From an uncultured virus (IMG/VR IMGVR_UViG_3300010160_000028) (Duplodnaviria; Heunggongvirae; Uroviricota; Caudoviricetes), in the IMG/VR virus record IMGVR_UViG_3300010160_000028: a stretch of DNA of 58,443 nucleotides; one strand, 5' to 3'. Positions 17,136 through 24,372 of this stretch are shown here, piece after piece (the stretch's first letter is position 1; each line of letters starts with the position of its first letter). The position numbers and the translations under genes are program-made. Under the pieces are notes generated by a model, which was given only the letters and a program-made list of their open reading frames with translations, was not told where the DNA came from and did no database searches.

Positions 17136-18592
17136 TGAGATGGATCTTAACACTACTACTGTTAATGTTCAGCGTGCAGTTAAATGCACAGACACCATCA
17201 AACTATGGTTTTGAAGCTGGAACTTATGCTGGTTGGACAGCTAGTAACGGATCTACTACACTTCGTACGTCATGGAGCGATAGTGGCAACGGTGTACAAG
17301 TTACGACTGGAATGCAGAACTATTGCCCAGGCGGTGGTAAGTGTTGGACGATTACTCCATATGGATCGTACATGCTCTCGGTTCAAGCAGGAGGAAATTC
17401 TCCTCAATTTAATGCTGCAATGACTACTCTTGGACTGAGCGCTTCAAATATCACTTCTATTCGTAATACGATCTATTCGAATGGATCGATGAATCCTACG
17501 AACGCTTCTTCTGTCAGTCGAACAATATTCTTACAAGCAGGAATTACATATTCGTTTGGGTGGCAATATCTGTCGACAGACTATGTTCCGTATAACGACG
17601 GTTCTCTCATCACCTTGACAGGTGGACCAGGAACACCAACACTCAACGGTCAAACACAGAACTTTGCGTTGTTAGGCTTTACGAATCCTGGAACGGGCAA
17701 CTACTCGACCAATTCATATGGTGCTACTGGATGGCAGGTTGCTGTGTTCACAGTTCCGGCAGATGGCAACTATATGCTTGGATTCTCGTCGTTCAATCTT
17801 GGCGATACAGCTCTCTCACCTATTCTATTCATCGATCAGTTACAAGGAACTACGGCGTTGAATGGTACTACGTTTGCTCCTGTTGCACCTAACCAAGGAT
17901 CTTCGGCACCGACTGCTCCACCTCCGCCTCCTGCAGAACCAACATATCCAACTACATCAATTGCGACTAATCAAACTATTAAGCTTGGTCAGACAAATGC
18001 CATTGTAAGTAACTCAATTTACATTCAAAACATCGGTGATAATAACACCGTCAACATCGAACAGTTCTCAAAATTTAACGCCGTAAGAGGTGTGAATGGT
18101 TCTCAATCGATGTTGATCAACGGTAGCAATAACGCTATTACTATCAATCAAGGCACTGCAGCGGCAGCTCTTGGAAACAATCTTGCAGAAGTGTCTGTCA
18201 CAGGAAACGGTAATACGGTATCTCTGACACAACAATATAATGGCAAATATACAGAGCTAGTAATGAATGGAACAGGAAATCAGCTGACTGCTCAGCAAAA
18301 AGATGTTGGTGGAAAGTCTGCGTTCTTCAACATCTTAGGTAATTCGAACGTTATCACAACTACACAATCAGGTTCTGGTAATCACTTCTTAGATATCAGT
18401 GCACCTTATGGAGGATTGAATGCAACCATCACTCAATCTGGTGCTGCGCAGAAGCTGTTTAAACTAATAATAAATAATCCTGGAATTGGAGTCACTGTAT
18501 CGCAAACTGCTGCGAGCGTTACTGACTCAGTCTTAATGTCAATCACATGTACGACCGGACCTTGCAATGGATACAGTTACGTTAAAAATTAA
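17132..18592 (+). CDS. Secreted protein: N-terminal beta-sandwich domain, Pro linker, C-terminal curlin-like repeats
   Basis: Signal peptide, NYGFE.G...GW start, PPPPP linker, repeats such as IGDNNTVNIEQ, VTGNGNTVSLTQ, LGNSNVITTTQSGSGN. Confidence 0.7.
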   Translation: MMRWILTLLLLMFSVQLNAQTPSNYGFEAGTYAGWTASNGSTTLRTSWSDSGNGVQVTTGMQNYCPGGGKCWTITPYGSYMLSVQAGGNSPQFNAAMTTLGLSASNITSIRNTIYSNGSMNPTNASSVSRTIFLQAGITYSFGWQYLSTDYVPYNDGSLITLTGGPGTPTLNGQTQNFALLGFTNPGTGNYSTNSYGATGWQVAVFTVPADGNYMLGFSSFNLGDTALSPILFIDQLQGTTALNGTTFAPVAPNQGSSAPTAPPPPPAEPTYPTTSIATNQTIKLGQTNAIVSNSIYIQNIGDNNTVNIEQFSKFNAVRGVNGSQSMLINGSNNAITINQGTAAAALGNNLAEVSVTGNGNTVSLTQQYNGKYTELVMNGTGNQLTAQQKDVGGKSAFFNILGNSNVITTTQSGSGNHFLDISAPYGGLNATITQSGAAQKLFKLIINNPGIGVTVSQTAASVTDSVLMSITCTTGPCNGYSYVKN

Positions 18593-20627
18593 AAAGATTC
18601 TATTGAGTCCATGGTTGGCACTCTTTACATTTGCATTATTACTTGCATTTAAATTACAAGATCCATACTTAGTTGAAGCGACTCGTCTCAAATTTTATGA
18701 TTACATCATGCTTGATAAAGCAAAACAATCTGAGCAGATTGTAGTCATTAATTTAGGGGAGAAATCAATTGAAAAATATGGTCAGTGGCCTTTCCCGCGC
18801 GAAGTCCACGCTAAAATCATTGATGAGGTCTATGATAGAGGGGCTGCTCTTGTTGGCAGCACTGTACTTATGCTCGAGCCTGATCGCATGGGCACTGATA
18901 GTGTTCTTTCAGATAGCTTAAACAAATATCCAGTCGTTCTTAGTCAGACTGTAAGCGACTCTTGTTCTCGGGTAAGTACGACAATTCGGAAAACAGGCGT
19001 TGCCGTAATCGGCGATGGAGAAGCAACTGAATTTCTTCCTCAATACCCATGCGTTCTAAGTAATGTCTCAGTTCTTCAAGAAGCCGCAGCCGGTGTTGGG
19101 ATAACGTCAACCCTACCTGAGACTGATGGGGTTGTGAGGCGAGTTCCTCTTCTATCTGAATCATCAGGCGAATACTATCCCGCATTTGCTCTAGAGCTGT
19201 TGCGTGTAGCGGCAGGAGACTCTTCGTATCAAGCCAAGATAAATCAGACTGGGGTTGAAGCATTAAGAATTCCTTCTTTTGAAACAATTAAAACAGACGA
19301 ATATGGAAGAGTGTTCATTAATCCGAACTATCGATTCCAGTCATACGAAATTGGCGAAGAAGTTCCTGATCTGACTGGTAAGATAGTGATTCTAGGCGTA
19401 ACTGCCGCAGGAATTGCGAATCCTGTAGCGACTCCTTCAGGTGCGCAATATCCCCATCAATTGCAAGCGAGTATTCTTGAAACTCTGATAAATGGAGATT
19501 CTGTTTCGATTCCGAATTGGACACAGCTTGTAGATCTTGCTGCTCTTCTTGTTTTGGCTCTGTCATTAATCATGATCTCTCGATTAAAATACTCTATCGT
19601 TTGGATAGGTTTGATTCTAGGTGGATACCTTTATTTACCGGTGTATTTATTCGCGAGTAAAGGAATCTTGTTGGATGTCACTTTTAACGTGCTGGCCATC
19701 GCGATCATCTATATGCATATTTATACCGTAAAGTTTATTAGTGAGTTCATGCAGAAGCAACAAATCAAGAAACAGTTTGGCACATATCTAAGTCCAGATC
19801 TGGTCGCAAAGTTACAAAGACAACCAGATCTCTTGAAACTCGGAGGAGAATCGCGCGAGCTTTCAATCATGTTCACAGACGTTCGTGGATTTACTACAAT
19901 CTCTGAACACTATGGCGAAGATGTCCAAGGCCTCACATCAATCATGAATCGTTATATGACTGTCATGACAAGAGCGATTCTTGAAAACAACGGGACATTA
20001 GATAAGTATATCGGTGATGCACAGATGGCATTCTGGAATGCGCCACTCGATAACAAACAGCATGCATTAGATGCAGTGAGAACATCCTTTCAGATGCTCA
20101 AAGATTTGGAGATATTTAATGAAGAAGTTAAAAGCGAAGGTATACCCGCTTTTGGGATGGGTCTTGGTATTAACACTGCCACTGTGGTTGTTGGCAATAT
20201 GGGCAGTACTCAGCGTTTTGACTATACTTGCCTGGGTGATGGCGTTAATCTGGCTGCTCGTTTGGAAGGTCAATCCAAGCCTTATGGGGTCAAACTTGTC
20301 GTCGGGCCACAAACTGCCGAATTGGTTAGGGATGTATACCAAGTAGTTGAGCTTGATCTCATTGCCGTAAAAGGTAAGACAGAACCCGCCAGAATCTATA
20401 CCATTTTTGATGTTACTGATGGAGCAGGAGACCTCCTACATAAAAAGTTCCTCGAACTCTATCGTCAAGGCAAATGGGATGCAGCTATCAATATGATAAA
20501 AGATCTGAAGCGTTGCTGGAACGAAGATCTGAATGCATACTACGAGATGATGGAGAAACGCATTCAAGATTTGAAGATTGAAGAACCATATAAATGGGAC
20601 GGAATTTATCGCGCAACCTCAAAATAA
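18567..20627 (+). CDS. CHASE2-domain class III adenylate cyclase
   Basis: N-terminal TM, CHASE2 (GQWPFPR, DGVVRRVPL), 3 TMs, then MFTDVRGFT, DKYIGDA and DYTCLGDGVNLAARLEG. Confidence 0.93.
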   Translation: MDTVTLKIKKILLSPWLALFTFALLLAFKLQDPYLVEATRLKFYDYIMLDKAKQSEQIVVINLGEKSIEKYGQWPFPREVHAKIIDEVYDRGAALVGSTVLMLEPDRMGTDSVLSDSLNKYPVVLSQTVSDSCSRVSTTIRKTGVAVIGDGEATEFLPQYPCVLSNVSVLQEAAAGVGITSTLPETDGVVRRVPLLSESSGEYYPAFALELLRVAAGDSSYQAKINQTGVEALRIPSFETIKTDEYGRVFINPNYRFQSYEIGEEVPDLTGKIVILGVTAAGIANPVATPSGAQYPHQLQASILETLINGDSVSIPNWTQLVDLAALLVLALSLIMISRLKYSIVWIGLILGGYLYLPVYLFASKGILLDVTFNVLAIAIIYMHIYTVKFISEFMQKQQIKKQFGTYLSPDLVAKLQRQPDLLKLGGESRELSIMFTDVRGFTTISEHYGEDVQGLTSIMNRYMTVMTRAILENNGTLDKYIGDAQMAFWNAPLDNKQHALDAVRTSFQMLKDLEIFNEEVKSEGIPAFGMGLGINTATVVVGNMGSTQRFDYTCLGDGVNLAARLEGQSKPYGVKLVVGPQTAELVRDVYQVVELDLIAVKGKTEPARIYTIFDVTDGAGDLLHKKFLELYRQGKWDAAINMIKDLKRCWNEDLNAYYEMMEKRIQDLKIEEPYKWDGIYRATSK

Positions 20628-20686
20628 ACATGTACATTAATCCATTTTCATGATAGGATGAACCTATAATGATGAAGGACGAAAAC

Positions 20687-21154
20687 ATGAATATCACGAT
20701 TACCGGCATGATTGGCAAGCGCAAAGAGAAAGCCCTTCTGAAGGAAGCCGCAGAGTTTTTTGCCGATCAGTTGATGGATCCTCGCATGGTTCGCAACCTC
20801 ACCCTCGACATCGAAGTTTACAATAACCTTGACGTTGAAGGCGAATGCGTCGATGAAGATGGTTTTCGCAATCCTCGGTGGTTCACCATCGGCCTGAAGA
20901 GCCAAGACATCAAAGACATGATCAAGACTCTTGGCCATGAAATGGTGCACGTCAAGCAACATGCCAAGAACGAACTTCAGACTGGCCATGCAGTTGCTGC
21001 ACGCGGCGGTCTCAAAATCTACAGCAAGTGGATGGGTGAAGTTTGGAAAGCAAAACGTAAAGAAGATGATTACTTTGACTCTCCTTGGGAGATCGAAGCG
21101 TATGGCCGTGAAGTCGGTCTTTATGCAAAGTGGGTTCAATATAAAGGAAATTGA
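20687..21154 (+). CDS. Zincin-like metallopeptidase
   Basis: LGHEMVHVKQ (HExxH) and PWEIEAY; promoter TGTACA(20631)-N17-TAGGAT. Confidence 0.75.
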   Translation: MNITITGMIGKRKEKALLKEAAEFFADQLMDPRMVRNLTLDIEVYNNLDVEGECVDEDGFRNPRWFTIGLKSQDIKDMIKTLGHEMVHVKQHAKNELQTGHAVAARGGLKIYSKWMGEVWKAKRKEDDYFDSPWEIEAYGREVGLYAKWVQYKGN

Positions 21155-21155
21155 T

Positions 21156-21395
21156 ATGAAAGATATTATGAAAACAATTTTTGATCGTGTATTTAGTTTT
21201 ACTGGTATGGTGGGTTTACTAGTTTTATTGACTGGCTGGTTTCTTGGATCGGCTATCATTAATGAAAACGAAGAGCGCGCGCTGAATAAAGCTACTATTA
21301 AGGCTTGCTACGATGGAGGCCTAATTAAGGTCGATACTGATGCAGGTTCTTACTGTGTTGCTCCTGCTAATCTTGTAAGGGTTGAAGTAAAATGA
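21156..21395 (+). CDS. Single-TM hypothetical protein
   Basis: AAGGA RBS; TM segment and two Cys. Confidence 0.55.
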   Translation: MKDIMKTIFDRVFSFTGMVGLLVLLTGWFLGSAIINENEERALNKATIKACYDGGLIKVDTDAGSYCVAPANLVRVEVK

Positions 21396-21604
21396 GTTTT
21401 TGGTTGATTGTTTATTTGTTCACTCAAGAAGGCGAATTCGTTGCAAAAGATGTTTACGAAACCGGTGGTCAAGAACAGTGTGTGAAGTTTGCCGGTGAAG
21501 TGACTCGCACGATTATTAATAGCCGTCTGCAAGCACAATTTCATTGTGTAAGTGATGATCATTACATGGGCCGCAAACAAGACGAAGGGATTGATTATGA
21601 CTAA
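21392..21604 (+). CDS. Hypothetical protein
   Basis: ATGA overlap with the upstream stop. Confidence 0.55.
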   Translation: MSFWLIVYLFTQEGEFVAKDVYETGGQEQCVKFAGEVTRTIINSRLQAQFHCVSDDHYMGRKQDEGIDYD

Positions 21605-21706
21605 TCATCCTCGTCAGCGCGCAATGTGGGATGGACTAACTGGATCAGGCTGTCTTGGTATTGTTCTTTTGCTTGCTATGATAACTGTAATTGGAGTTTT
21701 GTTTGA

Positions 21707-22117
21707 ATGACTGAACGTGTAGGTATCGTAGCAAGTTGTTTTGATTTGTTTCATGCAGGTCATATCCTGATGCTGATGGAAGCAAAGGGGAAATGTGATC
21801 GGTTGGTCGTGGCTTTGCAGTCAGATCCTACGATTGATCGACCTGAGAAGAACAAGCCAGTTCAAGCAATGTTTGAGCGCTATGTACAACTCGAAGCATG
21901 CAAGTATGTCGATCAAATAATCCCTTATGATACAGAAGCTGATCTGCTAAACCTACTGTCAGGTTACGATTGGGACGTTCGTTTCCTTGGTATGGATTAC
22001 ATTGATCGGACAGAATTTACTGGATCCTATCTCGATATTCCTATCCACTACTGCAGCCGTAGGCACAACTATAGTTCATCTGGTTTGCGTGAACGTATTT
22101 TGAAAGCAAAGAAATGA
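21707..22117 (+). CDS. Cytidylyltransferase (TagD / RfaE-like HxGH family)
   Basis: FDLFHAGH, KNKP, ER...L.ACKYVD, YSSS.LR. Confidence 0.88.
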   Translation: MTERVGIVASCFDLFHAGHILMLMEAKGKCDRLVVALQSDPTIDRPEKNKPVQAMFERYVQLEACKYVDQIIPYDTEADLLNLLSGYDWDVRFLGMDYIDRTEFTGSYLDIPIHYCSRRHNYSSSGLRERILKAKK

Positions 22118-22557
22118 GTAAGTGGGCAGCACGATTCCTCGATCTTGCTGACCATGTCGCGACATGGTCAAAGGATCCTCGGACACAAGTAGGATGCGTC
22201 ATCGTAGATAAGCACAATCGTATCGTCTCTCTCGGTTTTAATGGCTTTCCTCGTGGTGTGAACGATCTTGCACAGAGATACAATGATAGACCGACGAAAC
22301 ATCTGTTCGTAGCTCACGCCGAGCGAAATGCACTCGATAATGCTCCGTTGTCTGTTGAAGGTTGTACGCTTTATAGTCCTCTGCTACCTTGTAGCGAATG
22401 CGCAAAGAGCATCATTCAGAAAGGAATTACGAAGGTTGTATCATACGAACCAGATGAAGACGTTGAACATTTTCACTGGGATATCACAAAACAAATGTTT
22501 TTAGAAGCATGTGTTCAACTTTATCTGATAAATAAAACTGTCACGCCTAATGGGTGA
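22114..22557 (+). CDS. cd: dCMP deaminase
   Basis: SKDPRTQVG, GFNGFPRG, HAERNA and PCSEC zinc motifs. Confidence 0.92.
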   Translation: MSKWAARFLDLADHVATWSKDPRTQVGCVIVDKHNRIVSLGFNGFPRGVNDLAQRYNDRPTKHLFVAHAERNALDNAPLSVEGCTLYSPLLPCSECAKSIIQKGITKVVSYEPDEDVEHFHWDITKQMFLEACVQLYLINKTVTPNG

Positions 22558-22589
22558 CACAACTAAACTCGCTTAATAGGAGAATGAGT
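22527..22589 (+). promoter_or_regulatory. hsp20 leader: late-promoter variant plus ROSE-like RNA thermometer
   Basis: GATAAATA, hairpin TGTCAC/GTGACA, then CTCGCT-TAAT-AGGAG pairing with the SD. Confidence 0.55.
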
Positions 22590-23099
22590 ATGTTTAATAA
22601 TATCAAGGATTTCGATCGCTTTTTTGTAGGCTTCGATCCAATCGTAAAGAGAATGTCAGAAGCTGCAGAGCAGACTGTCAAGGCAGCTCAAAACTATCCC
22701 CCATACAATATCAAGAAGATTGATGAGAACAAGTATCTTATCGAGATGGCTGTTGCTGGTTTCGGTAAGCAGGATCTCGAAATCGAGCTTGCAGAAGATA
22801 AGCTAATCATCAAAGGTAATGTTCAGTCTGGAGAACCTGCAGAGCAGGATTCGAAGGGCGAATGGACATGGCCTGCATTCCTCTATCAAGGACTTGCGAA
22901 TCGCCCATTTACTCGCACGTTTAATCTCGCGGATAATGTAGAGATTCGTAACGCATCTCTTCTGAATGGTATTCTCAAGATTGCTCTCGAAGCAATTATT
23001 CCTGAGCATAAGAAACCAAAGAAGATCCATATTCAGGATCCAGACGAAGAATATCCGTCGCAAGCTGCCGAATTCTTGGCAGAAGGTAAAACGAAGTAA
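22590..23099 (+). CDS. Small heat shock protein Hsp20 (IbpA-like)
   Basis: NYPPYNI, IEMAVAGF, GLANRPFTRTFNL, NGIL.I.L...IPE. Confidence 0.93.
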   Translation: MFNNIKDFDRFFVGFDPIVKRMSEAAEQTVKAAQNYPPYNIKKIDENKYLIEMAVAGFGKQDLEIELAEDKLIIKGNVQSGEPAEQDSKGEWTWPAFLYQGLANRPFTRTFNLADNVEIRNASLLNGILKIALEAIIPEHKKPKKIHIQDPDEEYPSQAAEFLAEGKTK

Positions 23100-23126
23100 A
23101 AAGAAGGGGAGCTTTCGCTCCCCTTC
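23098..23126 (-). terminator. Terminator between convergent hsp20 and endolysin genes
   Basis: GAAGGGGAGC-TTTC-GCTCCCCTTC; the T-run lies on the - strand. Confidence 0.75.
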
Positions 23127-23129
23127 AAC

Positions 23130-24296
23130 TTATCCCCAATTGGCGTATTGTTTTGTTTTCTTTAGGCGATCGTCAAGACCATGTGTACCGCCATTCACTC
23201 GCTTTGTAATCTGAGTGATGATAGCATCGGATACACCTTTGTCTGCAATTGCAAGCAATCCATTTTTACGGAAGAACCATAATGCAGACTCAAAAGCCAA
23301 CTCACCAACCACAAGATCAGGATTCGTCAAGACGTCAGGACGTTTTACGTCAGCGGCAAAGGTTGCATAGTTGTCTTTCCCAGTCAGTTGGATCGGACCA
23401 CGACCTCTCCACTTATAACCATCTCCAGAGGCTTCTGAACCGTTCCCCATCCGATTAGCATACACTTTGTTTGCAATCTTTTCTGGTTTACGAGCATAAC
23501 CTGCAGTCGAAGCGATCGTAGGAAAATACTTCTTGAAAATTCCGTTGAGTCCCTTATCTGAGTAGTTGAGGTTCTCAGAGAACACCTTAAACCCACCTGA
23601 CTCATGAGCACACTGACCGAAGAAGTGTGCCGCTTGATTGTTTGTCAGCTTGAAATAATCTCTTGCTGCCTTATATGTTCCAGGTCCCCATTTACCGTCG
23701 GCAACAATGCCGCATTTCGTTTGGAGAGCAGCTAATGGACCAAGACCCGCAGCAATCGGAATTGCCTTTGAAGCAGGAACCGGAGGAGTTGTCTGACGAA
23801 GAACTCCAGTGGCCTTCATTGTGGTGGGATCAAAATCCTGAACAGGCGTATATGTTGTGCCACCAGATTTTGACTTCGCAGCAACTAGAAGTTGACGACG
23901 ATTCCCACCAGCCTTCTTAATCGAAGCGTGAACCCATCCTGAATTCTTATCACCTTTTGTGTAGAACTCAAGAATCACTTGGTCAAATTCAAGATTATCG
24001 CCGATCCAATCGGCAACAGTTTTGTTATCAACACCTTTTACTTCAAAGTCAATCGCCTGACCGTTGACATGTTGTGATGTCTTTGAACCACCGACTGCCT
24101 TATTCACAAGCGGTGCACGATACGAAGAGTTGATCGTCACAGGACCAAACTTTGCACGAACTGGTTCAAGAATCTTTTCGCAACAGTAACGCATATTCTC
24201 AATATGTTCTGGAGTTGGATTATTGCTAAGTCCAAGTTTTTTAGCCGTTGGAGAAACAGTCATTTCTTCTAGAGCAAAATGTTCAGTTAGTTTCAT
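23130..24296 (-). CDS. Dual-domain endolysin: peptidase M15 plus GH19 glycosidase
   Basis: SSYR...N..VGG...SQH..G.AID...WVH (M15); ADGKWGPGT; AHFFGQCAHESG, ENLNYS, RGRGPIQLTGKDNY (GH19). Confidence 0.88.
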   Translation of the reverse strand: MKLTEHFALEEMTVSPTAKKLGLSNNPTPEHIENMRYCCEKILEPVRAKFGPVTINSSYRAPLVNKAVGGSKTSQHVNGQAIDFEVKGVDNKTVADWIGDNLEFDQVILEFYTKGDKNSGWVHASIKKAGGNRRQLLVAAKSKSGGTTYTPVQDFDPTTMKATGVLRQTTPPVPASKAIPIAAGLGPLAALQTKCGIVADGKWGPGTYKAARDYFKLTNNQAAHFFGQCAHESGGFKVFSENLNYSDKGLNGIFKKYFPTIASTAGYARKPEKIANKVYANRMGNGSEASGDGYKWRGRGPIQLTGKDNYATFAADVKRPDVLTNPDLVVGELAFESALWFFRKNGLLAIADKGVSDAIITQITKRVNGGTHGLDDRLKKTKQYANWG

Positions 24297-24372
24297 TTTT
24301 ATCGCCTTTTACTATGTACTTTATTTGGGTTTTAGAGTATAACTAATAATGCGGCCAGATACTGGAGATCCA

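Noticed and set aside
13386..20627. Host chromosomal contamination as the source of the curli / cyclase genes
   Set aside because: The block begins at a T4-type late promoter, ends at a phage TGTACA promoter and shows the same tight gene packing as its flanks; read-level confirmation is still advisable
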